Positions 10,342 to 21,474 are shown, counted from the first letter of the stretch. The stretch: DNA of 64,000 bases from Candidatus Bathyarchaeota archaeon (GCA_963720565.1 CAVRFW010000002.1:52011-116010), one strand, 5' to 3'. The notes: a model not told the origin generated them from the letters alone. Program-made: numbers and translations.

Positions 10342-10639
10342 AAATAGTTGGCAAAATTGTCATATTCTGAGTGTGACCAAAATAAGGCAATTCAACAGGT
10401 CAAGTTAACACAATTTCTCCATAACACGTTTTCAGCAATTCTTGGATGCGAGCACGCAACCTGTTTATTAACCAAACTCTCTGAAGAATCCTCTAAGAGG
10501 ATTTCAAAAACTCAAAAAACACGCCCAAGTATTAACACTAATTCAGCAACTTTCACCTTTGTTGAAAACCAGCTGACTAAGAAAATATCAAACAAGTTTA
10601 AGTCTCCACAGTCAAGGTAATAGTCGGGAAAGATGAACC

Positions 10640-10816
10640 ATGAAGCGTTTACAAGTCGTTAAGGTTGATTTGCTCGACGGAGACACTCACTTCGTTCTTC
10701 TGGATTCCAAGTATTCCAAAAAAAATGAAAACGCAGAAGACTACGACGAAACGGAAGTAAAGAAAGAGTCAAAGAGGGACGCCTCAAAACCGCTGACGCT
10801 GTTTCGAGCTGACTAA
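10640..10816 (+). CDS. 58-aa hypothetical protein MKRLQVVKVDLLDGDTHFVLLD...PLTLFRAD (not in ORF track)
   Basis: Clean ATG-TAA ORF with protein-like composition in an otherwise empty region. Confidence 0.45.
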   Translation: MKRLQVVKVDLLDGDTHFVLLDSKYSKKNENAEDYDETEVKKESKRDASKPLTLFRAD

Positions 10817-11148
10817 GACCAAACCTTCCTGTTTCATCCTCACAGCTGTTTAAAAAAATGAGATTTGCGGAAGAAATATCCTGCCTCACGCGAATACCTT
10901 GACATTTACGTACCTCACCGCTAGAACCAGAAATAACATGAAAGCACTCGCCAAGCCACGCTAAATTAAAAGTTGCTTGCGTCTACATAAAGTCTTTCAG
11001 ACGTGTTGTTTTCCCCGCCTCGGTCTCTGTTAAATCAGTAACCCTAAACCAACCGCACGAGGTACAATTCACTAGCCTGCTCTTGGCATTAATCCCCAAT
11101 TCCCTGAAGCACAGAGGGCATCTCAAATTTTGTTTATCTCCTTGGAAA

Positions 11149-11349
11149 CTAGCTACTTGTGTCGAGCGTCAAGAGAGGACAATCCTTGCTACATTTCTCC
11201 ATTTCACAGTCTTCACTAAACATTAGCGAAGGAAGACCATACCCCCTTCTATGACTATTGCATTCATCCAACACTAAACGTTCCATTTCTTGAAGAACCA
11301 CAACATAATTTCTAACAGCCATCAACGCTAACCTTCCAAAGGATACCAC
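11149..11349 (-). CDS. Small Cys-containing hypothetical protein
   Basis: C...CxxxxCxxxCP; probable start ATG at MAVRNY after GAAGG. Confidence 0.4.
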   Translation of the reverse strand: MVSFGRLALMAVRNYVVVLQEMERLVLDECNSHRRGYGLPSLMFSEDCEMEKCSKDCPLLTLDTSS

Positions 11350-11502
11350 GGGTTACAAGCTAAAACTAATTCATTGCAAGCTGAATATTACCGGTTATTT
11401 CCAAACACGATATGTTAATTCAGCCAAAATCGAAATGTTCAGAATAGTCCCTCGATGGGCAAAGAACACTTAAAAACGAAGCTTAACCAGTTGTACAAAA
11501 CA

Positions 11503-11838
11503 TTAGAGAGAATGGGAAACCACGAGTATATTGTTCAGAATAGTCATCAAAAGAACCATTGCAGCAATCGTATATCCCACTCTGAGCGTAGTGCGAACAA
11601 AAGAAGAAGATTCACTATTTTTGTCCTTCAATCCTTGGAGCATCCTTTCCCCGAAATAGTACAGTAAACCCACAAACACCGTGGTCGCAAGTTTCACCGC
11701 AGTAAAAGCTACCAAGTTTGTCCTGGTTAGCTCCGCGAAAAACGGGTTGACCTCAACAGCCCCGAAATAGGCAATTCCGACTATGGTCGTCAGCCAATCC
11801 AAGTATCCCATAAAAAAAAGCGCCAAGCTAGGATACAT
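11503..11838 (-). CDS. DUF5658-like membrane protein
   Basis: LDWLTTIVGI...GAVEVNPF...FTAVKL...ILNN; 3-4 TM helices. Confidence 0.7.
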   Translation of the reverse strand: MYPSLALFFMGYLDWLTTIVGIAYFGAVEVNPFFAELTRTNLVAFTAVKLATTVFVGLLYYFGERMLQGLKDKNSESSSFVRTTLRVGYTIAAMVLLMTILNNILVVSHSL

Positions 11839-12097
11839 CCTGACTCTTAACGTGCTCGCCTCATCTCTCCCTCCTCGATGAACCCAATAATAGAAAGGGC
11901 TTTGGTGTTTATGACATATGTAGAATTCTCTTATAGAAAACAAGAGCAAAAGATCTACTCAAACTCAGAGACTTGCCGGTTAGCGCGTGATCTTCTGTAG
12001 AATTAGGCAGTTGCCCCGTAGCCCAAGACATCTGTATCGGGAGTTTCAGATATCTCTTGAGCCCCATTCCCCAGAGCACGCTGCACAGCGCCCGCGA

Positions 12098-12649
12098 TTA
12101 TGCAAGTCGTACTCTTTCAACGTACAAGACGCTTCCTTTTCCCGAAGAGGACCCCTGCGACACCTTGAAGCTAGAACCAAGTTTCTCTGCGAGTTTTTCC
12201 ATTATCTCGGCGGATACGTCACTGGCACTTGTTATTTCGAGATATTCTTGCTCGGCAAGTGTCTGAGCCTCGGAGACTATGTCTTTCACCATTCTCTTCT
12301 TGTTGCTGACTGACCTACTTTTCAATTCTCCATATTGGGGGCGTTCGAGCTGGTCAACCTTAACATGGGCCATGGTAAAGGCCAATTCATGTTCGCCACG
12401 TTTTTGCCTGCTGTCTTCAAGCTTCTCATTGCGGGATTTCCCTTGCAAAGCTGACAAAACCTTGCCGTCCAAGTAGACAAAGTAGGCTAATAGAACCCCG
12501 CAGAAACCAATCAGCAGGGAAAAGCCAAGTGCAAGTGTTTGTCCCAGACTCATAGACTGCCACTCGCCTAGAAGAACGGACAAAACGCTAATAATTGCGA
12601 TTAATAAGGCGATGACGTAAACGATTACAATAAGTCCTCTGAACTTCAA
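12098..12649 (-). CDS. Hypothetical membrane protein (2 N-terminal TM helices)
   Basis: Two hydrophobic helices followed by a soluble domain. Confidence 0.55.
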   Translation of the reverse strand: MKFRGLIVIVYVIALLIAIISVLSVLLGEWQSMSLGQTLALGFSLLIGFCGVLLAYFVYLDGKVLSALQGKSRNEKLEDSRQKRGEHELAFTMAHVKVDQLERPQYGELKSRSVSNKKRMVKDIVSEAQTLAEQEYLEITSASDVSAEIMEKLAEKLGSSFKVSQGSSSGKGSVLYVERVRLA

Positions 12650-13482
12650 TCTTGCTTTGCCCCCATTCTGAATAGGTTACGCTGTCCAGTTATTAAACTT
12701 CCACACATACAAAACGGCTTTCATTGTAATCGGTAAATGCGATTTTTCGGATAAGAACTGCAACTGGAGAGAAGAGACTGTCGCTGAAGACTAAAAATTT
12801 GGAAAAGGAAATCTGCTGATTTTGAACCAATACGACGGCTTAGAGCCTTGTCTTACGCTTCAAATAGCAGTCTATGCATTCTGTTCTTCCGTTTTCGAAT
12901 ACGTTAGAGTCTCTACCACATGAACACTTAGTCAAAGTGCAATTCACCTCAAACTCTGTGGTTTGCTGACCTTTTTCGATTCTTCAACTTTAGATACACT
13001 GAAGCCTGTTCGGGTTCCACTTGTTTCTTCTTCGGTTTCCTGGATGTGTTTAGACAATACTCCCTTATTGCCGTGTATTCTAAATCTTCTAGCATTATAC
13101 TTCCACATCTTTAGCCCAAGTGATTCGGCCACTTCCTGGTCTTTAAGCCTTCAAGCGTGAGTTACCGGTCTGCGCAGTCTGATTCAAGTTCGTTGACGGA
13201 AAATACCCCGTAGGCTATGTCTCGATCAAGAATTGTTATTGTTGTTTTTCTCGGGTCGATTAACCACGCCCGCGAGCGCCAGTTTTTCATGGAACGGTTT
13301 TTTCGTTTGAAGGGGTTTATCATTTGGTTTTTCCTTGAAACACTCTATAGGAAGTATTAATAAAGCAGTTATTCTTGAAGTAGCTTATCGTATCTTCCGA
13401 TATAGTACTAAACCGAAATATCCCTTTAAAACCGCCTTCGACACGCATATAATACAAGGAGCAAGGAGGAGGCCCCTACCCC

Positions 13483-13596
13483 ATGAACACATGGTCAAAC
13501 ATGTTCAACATAGGAATATATTCTATGATATTTCTATTAATAGCAGTCGTAGTTTTCGGATTCATATGGGCAAAGTACGGCAAATACAGCAGATAG
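13483..13596 (+). CDS. 37-aa single-TM microprotein MNTWSNMFNIGIYSMIFLLIAVVVFGFIWAKYGKYSR (not in ORF track)
   Basis: Strong AGGAGGAGG RBS ~10 nt upstream; TM helix plus basic tail. Confidence 0.6.
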   Translation: MNTWSNMFNIGIYSMIFLLIAVVVFGFIWAKYGKYSR

Positions 13597-13666
13597 ACCA
13601 ACGCCGCCCCCAACCAATCCAGCTCGGCCACAAGACACCCAAAAACTGCAACCCAAATATGAAGGT

Positions 13667-15423
13667 CTATGCTGTCGCAAAATTGTCAGCGTCTTGACTG
13701 CTTTTCGGTCTCTTAAGAGCTACAAAAACTATAGCAGCAATTGAAGCGATTCCAATGGCTGCAGTAGCATAGAAAGCCTCGGGCGGTATCGTACCCGAAT
13801 TGTTCCTCGTTGGTTCTGGCGAAGGAGTAGGTGAATCTGAAGGCGTTTCTGAAGGCCCAGGCGTAGGAGTAATAATAGGCTCCGCTGTGTCTAAAGTAAT
13901 AGTGTCAGAAAATGTGTCAGAAACCGAACCCAAGCTGTTCCTAATTTGATAGTAAACTGTCTTCGTCCCATTACCAGAAGTCAAAACCCACTCTTTTGTT
14001 CCCGATGGAGATTCCCACCCCTCACTATCCCACATGCCATCGTTACTATATCTCACCTGAGAAACGGGCAAGAAAGGATCTGTGTAAGTCAAAGTCAACA
14101 TCACCGACTCCGAAGTCGTAGAATCAGCATCATTATTGATGACGATAGAACCGGTTGGAGCAAGCGTGCTTAGAGTGATAATATCCGAGAATGTTGAGCT
14201 GTTAAGCCCCGCGTTATCTCTAACCTGGTAATAAACTGTTTTTTCTCCGTTACCAGACGAAAGCGTCCACGACTTAGCGGACGAAAAACTCTCCCAGTCC
14301 TCAGTGTCCCAAAAACCATCATTGCTATACCTAACCCGAAACACGCCTGACATCGAATCAGCCGCAGTCAACGTCAAAGACACGGAAACAGATGTCGTAA
14401 AAGCGTCACCGTCATTAACCACAATAGAACCCGTGGGCGAAACAGTATCTAAGCCAATAGTATCAGAATACGCGGAAGCCAAACCAGCACGATCGCTAAT
14501 CTGATAATAAACCGTCTTATCATCGTCACCAGACAACAAGGACCAGGCCTTGGTCGACGAAAAATCCTCCCAAGGTTCAGTGTCCCAAACACCATCATTG
14601 CTATACCTAACCTGATAAACCCCAGATGTCGGATCGTTCGCAGTAAGAGATAGAGTAACAGATGTTGAAGCGGTGAAGGCATCGCCATCATTAATCACAA
14701 TTGAACCGGTGGGGACAGAAGTATCCAAACCTATAGAGTCTGTATACAATACAGAAACCGAACCAGCGCCATCCTTCAATTGACAAAAAACGTTTTTGAA
14801 ACCGTCACCAGAAGACAGAGTCCAAGACTTAGGCGACGAAAAACTCTCCCAACCTTCAGTATCAGACGCCCAACTCCCGGTATTACTCAATCGAACTTGA
14901 TTAACTCCCGACGTCAAATCAAATCCGGTCAACGCCAAAGACACAGAAGCAGAAGTCGTAAACGCTTCACCACCGTTAATCACAATAGAACCCGTTGGGA
15001 GAACAGTATCCAGCACTATAGTATCTGAATACACATCAGATATCTCGCCAAAATAGTCAGCAAACTGATAGTAGACCCTCTTGCCGCCATCACCAGACGA
15101 CAAAGTCCAAGCCTTGGTTTTGGTTTCTGGGAAGGCTTCCCACCCCTCATTGTCATTACGCCAAAGGACATCGTTACTATACCGGGCATACTCCACCAAG
15201 AGAGAGCCTTCCGCCGTCAAGCGTTAAAGTCACGTCCGACGAAGTGCGTATATGTATCGCCATTATTGATTACGACAGAACCAGTGAGTTGAGCAAACAC
15301 TACCTGCAACCTGACTTCAAAGAACAAAGTGAAGGCACATAACAGCAACAAGGCTAAGGCTATTTTAGAAACCGTTCTTCTATTCAATATTCTCCGCCAT
15401 CTTCCAGACATAAAGCCAGACAC
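13667..15423 (-). CDS. Cell-surface protein with five ~93-aa beta-rich (Ig-like) repeats, PT linker and C-terminal TM anchor (frameshift ~15220-15240)
   Basis: Signal peptide ending VVFA; repeats TGSIVIN-GDAFTTS...VRYSNDG-W...KTVYYQI-D...YSDTI-LDT; IPPEAFY-TM-KRPK. Confidence 0.85.
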
Positions 15424-15579
15424 AGTTAATATGGATTATGAAATTTTCTTCGCCGCAACGCGCATCGTTGTTCTGAAATAAAATAGAACTAACAGAAAAT
15501 TTTCCCAAAATTAAACGCAACTCTGTTTAGTCTTCAGCCGCCAAGAAGACTAACATCTTAATCAATGGCCAGTTCTTGC

Positions 15580-15885
15580 TTATTTCTTATGTCTTCTGAG
15601 GACAAACAAAGCCATGTTAACAACACCCGCTGCACATATGACTGTTATGGGGCAGAAGACTTCCGGAGGCAGAGGTTCGGTGGACATATTTTTGGTTCAG
15701 ACGATGATGAAGGTAAAACAGAAGGTGATGGAGATTGCAATGGGTTTGGCATTGGAGTTGGAGAAGTCGGAACTTCAGTCGGCGCGGGATTAGCTGTCGG
15801 TGCAGGAGTAGAGTATATCGGTGTAGGTATGGGCGCTGGAGAAGGAGTAAGGTTCGGAGTAGACGTTGGAGTAGGAAGTAAGCGT
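15580..15885 (-). pseudogene. Orphan C-terminal fragment (PT linker plus TM anchor) of a surface protein
   Basis: Minus strand reads PTPTSTPNLTPSPAPIPT...SSSEP/ MSTEPLPPEVFCPITVICAAGVVNMALFVLRRHKK*; no N-terminal domains, begins right after the upstream stop. Confidence 0.65.
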
Positions 15886-15889
15886 GTGG

Positions 15890-16728
15890 TTAGTAATGTG
15901 AAAAGTCGATGGGTTCCAACTTCGCTCTTAATTTATTAATAACCTCAAGAGACAAGCCAGTTTTCTCGCCAGCACCAACGAATCTTCTTCCGTAATCTGG
16001 TTTATAAGAACCATTCCAGAATCAGCCAAGTGCAATCTGGTATCAATGTTTAGGCCTCTGACGCAGCTCAGAGGGTACAGGTTTTTTTCCTCAATCATGC
16101 TCTGCAAACTAAGGTTTGTGGGCGTGCTCCAGCCTATCTGAAGAATACCCTTACAAACGCCATACTGCGTGGCATAGTCAGAGTACTTCGTGTTGGTGAC
16201 AATCATGGCTTTGTCAATTTTCAAGTTGCCTCTTCCAAGATCATAACCTTCCGTCACATCTTCCAACACAGCCCGGGCTATTCGACTCTCATCCAGTCCG
16301 GTGAAGTGATGATAATTTACGTGGTGTTTTGCTTCAACCAAGTAGGTGACGTCATTCTTTTTTGCGATGCCATCAACCTCATGTTCAACACATTTCCCTT
16401 TCAATATTCGGTTCGAACTAACCTCGAACCCATTGTGAGACAAAAGATTCTGAACAAATATCTCGAATTCCGGCTTCGAAGCCATCAAGCTTAAGCCCTT
16501 TCTCAAATCGTAGATCTGGCTGACGTGAGGTTTGTATTTGCGCATAAATTGGAAAAGCATCTGCAAAATCTTAGCCGTCGAAATTCCGTCGTAAAGCCTC
16601 TTCTCAATCTTGTCCGCAACCTCAAATGCATCTCGCCTTGTTGCGCCCATCCTCATGCAAGTCTTCACAATCTTGTTTTTGTCAAACAACTGTCTCGAAC
16701 CATTTGCCTTCGTCACCATGGTACCCAA
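15890..16728 (-). CDS. ATP-cone domain fused to Mrr-like PD-(D/E)xK restriction endonuclease (frameshift near 15960)
   Basis: VTKANGSRQLFDKNKI ATP cone; FE...HEVDG...VEAK catalytic motif; corrected C-terminus LARKTGLSLEVINKLRAKLEPIDFSHY*. Confidence 0.82.
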
Positions 16729-16915
16729 GAAGAACTCACCTTCTAAACCCAATTTGCAGTATCACAACATAAGCATTACTCACTTCACCCCAACCTTTTC
16801 AGCACAATTAGCCCAAGCGACTCCTGAAGAAACACGGTTTTCCAAATTTCCTGAGTTTCAAGTTGGCTCGAATACGTTTTTAAGGAAGAATCCTGAAATT
16901 TCAAGTTGAGACCAC

Positions 16916-17527
16916 ATGTACTTCAAACAGTTACAACAACACGGAGACAACTTCTCATACATTATTGCAGATGAAGAAACACGAGAAGCGGTTGTCGTTG
17001 ATTCAAGTTACAACGCCGGAGAAATAACACGAATTTTAATAACAGAAAAACTGCACCTGAAATACTTGATTAACACTCATGGACATTCTGACCACACCGC
17101 TGGCAACGAGGAACTGCGCTTCAAGTTCGGCGTCAAAACCATTGCTCACAAGTTGTCCAGGAACAATCCAGACGTCACCGTTGAGGACGGAGATGAGATT
17201 AGGGTCGGCTTAGTCAAAATCAAGGTAATCCATACACCAGGGCATACTCCTGATGGAATATGTCTTCTCGTGGAAGGAAAAAAAATGTTAACAGGAGATA
17301 CGTTATTCATCGGCGAATGCGGCAGAACCGATATGGCAGGTGGCGACTCCGCAAAACTACACAACAGCTTATTCAACAAACTAATGAGACTCGGAGACGA
17401 AATAGAGGTTTTCCCAGGACATGACTACGGACCAAAACCTCGCTCAACAATCGGGGAACGCAGATCAAATTACGTCCTGCAACCCCGCACCGTTGAAGAA
17501 TTCAAAGTCTTCATGGGCACACCATAA
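16916..17527 (+). CDS. MBL-fold metallohydrolase (glyoxalase II-like)
   Basis: THGHSDH, HTPGHT, TGDTLF, PGHDY. Confidence 0.9.
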   Translation: MYFKQLQQHGDNFSYIIADEETREAVVVDSSYNAGEITRILITEKLHLKYLINTHGHSDHTAGNEELRFKFGVKTIAHKLSRNNPDVTVEDGDEIRVGLVKIKVIHTPGHTPDGICLLVEGKKMLTGDTLFIGECGRTDMAGGDSAKLHNSLFNKLMRLGDEIEVFPGHDYGPKPRSTIGERRSNYVLQPRTVEEFKVFMGTP

Positions 17528-17655
17528 CAAGCAGTCTCTCTATATACACCAATCTCCCTGCTCAAAAGCGTGCTGTATATGCGCTTTCCATATGAACAAG
17601 CCAGTACTTACGGTTTCTCCACAAATTTTAAGCGCCAAAAGTCAATTCTCAAATT

Positions 17656-18098
17656 GTGATTCAGCATGAAGCTTCCGAATATGTTTCAGTAGAAGAAGTG
17701 AAGAAGATTTGTCAAGCACTAAAGATTAGAGATTGGACAATGTTGGAGAAAGCCGAGGTAACTCTTCAAGAGGCTGAAGCTGTACTAGCGGAACTTGAGA
17801 CAAAAGACATGAAGATATCCGTTGAGAACTTCCGTATAGGATTGGAAGTGGAGCTTGAACATGGAATACGCTTTCCAGAAGCAACGTCACAAACAACCAT
17901 CCGATACTGACGGGCAAAATTGTGTTGGCACACTTCAAAGAAACCTTGGATTATTATCAGCGGTTGGAAGTAGCTGAAATAGAAGGAGACCTGTTGAAGG
18001 CAGTTGTCAGGAAGAACGCCCCAAAGATTGCAATTCTATACGAGAGACTTTTGAAAGCAAAACACCAACTAAGCCAAGCGGAAAAAGAAATGATGTAA
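17656..18098 (+). CDS. DUF5661-like protein (frameshift ~17883)
   Basis: FRIGLEVELEHG...NVTNNHPILTGKIVLAHFKETLDYYQRLEVAE after frame correction. Confidence 0.7.
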
Positions 18099-18277
18099 TA
18101 GCGCGCGTTGCTCCTGGAAAATTCTGAAAACAAGAAGCGCGAATCATTTTCTCTTAACTGAGTTTGCTGCAATATGGCATGAATTTGGTAATAAATCTGG
18201 AAAAGTGATTAATAGCTTTTGAGTGCAGAATGAAGCAATTAGAAGGAATCAAAATAGTAGAAGAAGAGGCAAACATA

Positions 18278-18526
18278 ATGAAGCAAACACGCGCCTATAA
18301 TTTGGATCTAACCAAAATAGAAGGAGAGGGAGACTTCACATGCCCAAAATGCGGAACCTCGATGTCTCCTGACGATTGCAGCGAAAAGACTTACGCTATT
18401 CTGGAAACAGCGTTCAGCCATCATGGATTGGAAGAGCTTGTGATTCGATGCTGCAACTGCACAAGTCAAATACACTTAACTGGTTTCTCTCTCCTTCGAG
18501 AACTCGCTGAAACCGAGAAGGCCTGA
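18278..18526 (+). CDS. Small zinc-ribbon protein
   Basis: DLTKIEGEGDFTCPKCG...CCNC...IHLTGF. Confidence 0.7.
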   Translation: MKQTRAYNLDLTKIEGEGDFTCPKCGTSMSPDDCSEKTYAILETAFSHHGLEELVIRCCNCTSQIHLTGFSLLRELAETEKA

Positions 18527-18683
18527 GAGAAAAACGACAAAGCCATGCTCAGCAGTACCCACATTTGACACTGCACAACGTTTTGTGTATCCTTGAACAT
18601 TTTCGGTAAACACGGGTGTTATGCATGAACGGCGAAGGGAAAGTAACTTCGCACATTTGAAACAAAAGATTTTGGGAAAGATC

Positions 18684-19211
18684 TTATGCGGTTAGGAGTT
18701 TGGTTCCCACATTGATTATCGCTCTGACATCGCGGGAAACGACTGCTCGAATCTTGTCAACCTTGTCGGTTTCTTTGCCGTAGCATTGGAGCCATTCACG
18801 TACCAATCCTTCAGCCCAAACATTGTCTTCTGCCATCACGGTGAAAACTAAGCCATCGTTGAAACTGGATCCGCCGGTTTCAATTTGGAAGAGTTGAAGG
18901 ATGGATTCTTTTTTGTTTTTTTGTTGCTTAAACGAGATGTTCTTTTCCATTTCTTCTAGGAGATAGCGCTTTTTGTCAGCAATTGCGTCGGACTTGAGCT
19001 GTAATTGTTCGAAAGTCTCGATTAACTGTCTTTTCTCTGCTGCAAGTTGTCTCTCTTCTTCTTTTATCGCTTCCAAAGCAGAAAGCGAATTCTCTTCATC
19101 TACAAACTTCTCAGCGGTTGCATCGATTAAAGGAACTGCTTGTAAAGAATTCGCTTTATCCTCGTTTTCGTCTTGAACCTTACGACTTTTCTTCAAAAGT
19201 CCTGGCGACAT
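18684..19211 (-). CDS. Hypothetical protein with coiled coil
   Basis: GGAGG/AGAGG RBS; charged heptad segment. Confidence 0.6.
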   Translation of the reverse strand: MSPGLLKKSRKVQDENEDKANSLQAVPLIDATAEKFVDEENSLSALEAIKEEERQLAAEKRQLIETFEQLQLKSDAIADKKRYLLEEMEKNISFKQQKNKKESILQLFQIETGGSSFNDGLVFTVMAEDNVWAEGLVREWLQCYGKETDKVDKIRAVVSRDVRAIINVGTKLLTA

Positions 19212-19235
19212 TTTTCCTCTCTAACCTCCACTGCT

Positions 19236-19646
19236 TTAGTCTTCACTTGCTTGGTTGATGCTTTGAACATCCAACTCTTGTATTTGGTCGTCTTCTGATA
19301 ACTGAACGTGGGGGATCTTGACAGAAGTTCCATTCTTTGCAGTTTTCTTTGTAATTGACTCTATCAGTTCGATTCGTTTTTGCTCATGTGTTATTATCAT
19401 TACATGTTTCAAACGATGATACATGCTTGTGTTAATCGATCTGTCCTTGCGGAGCTGGCGTAGGCGGGCTATGTCGTTATCTTTTGCTGTTTGCAGCTTT
19501 TTTCTTTCCTTAAGGAACTCGTTGATAATTTTGACGTTTTTCTTGTTTATGAGTTGCTCTCTTTTCTCGGACGGAAGTATGCTGTAGATGAGATTGTGCA
19601 GTTCCATGTTCTTTTTCTTCCCGTTTGCTGTTGAACAGTATCTCAT
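19236..19646 (-). CDS. Hypothetical basic helical protein
   Basis: ORF co-oriented 24 nt upstream of 18684-19211. Confidence 0.5.
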   Translation of the reverse strand: MRYCSTANGKKKNMELHNLIYSILPSEKREQLINKKNVKIINEFLKERKKLQTAKDNDIARLRQLRKDRSINTSMYHRLKHVMIITHEQKRIELIESITKKTAKNGTSVKIPHVQLSEDDQIQELDVQSINQASED

Positions 19647-19831
19647 GTATTAACATATAATAATCATGCTTTCTCACATGAAATATTACCTATGTCGACA
19701 TACAGTCTGTTGTACGCATGTACAGTATGCGTACATGCAAAAAGCAGATACATACCTCAGCTCATCAAAAAACCATGCGAACAAGTTATTGAAAAGAAGA
19801 AAAAAGAAGGTGTAGTTTACTAAAGCTGCAA

Positions 19832-20814
19832 TTAGAAGTACTTCTTGGTTGCGAACGCTGCAATTGTAGGGCCAATCACTATCGCCACAGCCACTATAGC
19901 CGCAGCCCTAGCCCAGTCCCCGGTTATGCCAAAGAAGCCTATTCCCCAATTCGCAATCCCTAACGCCAAAGCACTCAGCACGAGAGCAATCACCAGACCA
20001 ACAAAGCTAATCAGAAGCTCCTTCAGAACCGACACACCTTTGGGTTTGGCTTCAGCTAAATCACCTTTCACCTTAGAGACACCCACGCCAACAGGTTGAA
20101 CCGAAACAGTCTGGAATAGACCGTCCTTCGTTTCAGCTTTAGGCAAACCTCAGGAACCTCAACCTCAGGCAACTTTACCTCAGGAACCTCAACCTCAGGC
20201 AACTTTACCTCAGGAACCTCAACCTCAGGCAACTTTACCTCAGGAACCTCAACCTCAGGCAACTTTACCTCAGGAACCTCAACCTCAGGCAACTTTACCT
20301 CAGGAACCTCAACCTCAGGCAACTTTACCTCAGGAACCTCAACCTCAGGCACAGAAGTTCTTACTTTTGCCATTTTTGCTTTTGTGGATTTTGCGCGTTG
20401 TTTGACTTCGCGAGAGATCACGGGTTCTTCCATTGTCATTCCGATTACTGCTGAATCATCAATTTCCGCGTTACCGCTTCTCTTTACAACGTTAATTCCA
20501 GTTAAAGCGCTATCTTTTGTTTCGTATCCTTCGCTTGCAGCGATTATTTCTCCGTTTGAAGCTTTCAAATGGAACCTGTACTTTTCAGCTGCGTCTTTGA
20601 ATATTTGGTATTTTGGATGCAAAACTTTTCGATCGTTAATTGTTAGGTCTTCTATTTCTGAATCACAGTTCTTCTTGACGCTATTGATACCCTTAATGCA
20701 GTTTGCGTAAGCTTCGTAAGCTTCGCTGGCAGCTACAATTTCACCATTTTCAGCTAAAACCCGAAAACGAAATTTCTCTGCAGCATCTTTAAACATTTGG
20801 AATTTTGGCGGCAT
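19832..20814 (-). CDS. Tandem YegP/DUF1508 domains, [10 protein letters not shown] repeat linker and 2 C-terminal TM helices (4-nt deletion near 20146 splits the frame)
   Basis: Two KF/YQxFKDAAEKxRFxxxAxNGEIxAASExYE units; restoring CTTT in the last repeat joins the TM ORF 19832-20146. Confidence 0.8.
20141..20351. repeat. Perfect 30-bp tandem repeat CAGGAACCTCAACCTCAGGCAACTTTACCT, six copies plus partials
   Basis: Identical units at 20151, 20181, 20211, 20241, 20271 and 20301. Confidence 0.97.
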
Positions 20815-20969
20815 TGAAACCACAGTTTCCTTTTGAGAATTGGTTGTACTAAAAGCTTTTGCTTCAGATGCATAATCAACATGGTTCAAGAGATAGAACG
20901 TTAAAATTTTGCCTATAGAAGATTATTTTGAAAACAAAAGCAGATGGCTACTCAAAGAGCATGAAAAAC

Positions 20970-21398
20970 CTATGTTTTTCGATTTTCCTCTTTGAATCGT
21001 TGCAATCTGCCTTCGCATTCTTTCTGCAACCACAGCCATCGCTCCAGATACCATTTGTTACTCCAAATCTCTTGTTGCTCATTAAGCCATTTTTCGGTCC
21101 CAATAGCCTTCTGTCTTTTAAGATTCTCTATCGCAGGCATATGGTGAAGCCAGATGGGACTGTAGCAGAACTGAATTAGTTTTGAGCAGGGCAATTCGTC
21201 GCACTCCTTGCAAGTATCAAAGCCCTTTTCCTCCACGCAACATCGGTGAATGTCACAGTTTTCACGATGTTCCAAACTCGCACACGATCCGCACATGCAG
21301 CTGCAGCCGTGGCAGCTCTCGCGCTTCAAAAAATCAACACAGACACCACAATAGAGACAACATGGCGCCGCCAGGTTCCGGTCATTTTTTTCGTTCAA
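20970..21398 (-). CDS. DUF3795-like Cys-rich protein
   Basis: APCCLYCGVC...CHGC...CDIHRCC...CKECDELPC. Confidence 0.78.
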   Translation of the reverse strand: MNEKNDRNLAAPCCLYCGVCVDFLKRESCHGCSCMCGSCASLEHRENCDIHRCCVEEKGFDTCKECDELPCSKLIQFCYSPIWLHHMPAIENLKRQKAIGTEKWLNEQQEIWSNKWYLERWLWLQKECEGRLQRFKEENRKT

Positions 21399-21474
21399 GC
21401 TAGAACTCACGCTGAACATAATAGCAACAGCAAATATATAATTCCCAGCTGGCGCACTCCAAGGAAAGAAGAAA

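Noticed and set aside
10348..10620. 90-aa ORF on the plus strand
   Set aside because: No RBS, no motif, intergenic-like composition
12944..13324. Possible degraded HTH gene (LEGLKDQEVAESLGLK)
   Set aside because: Needs a stop readthrough plus frameshifts; similarity too weak to call
15565..15939. GV-rich plus-strand ORF (also 59402-59683 on the minus strand)
   Set aside because: Antisense shadows of PT-rich linkers
20141..20351. 30-bp repeats as a CRISPR array
   Set aside because: No spacers; head-to-tail, in-frame coding repeat; no cas genes in the window
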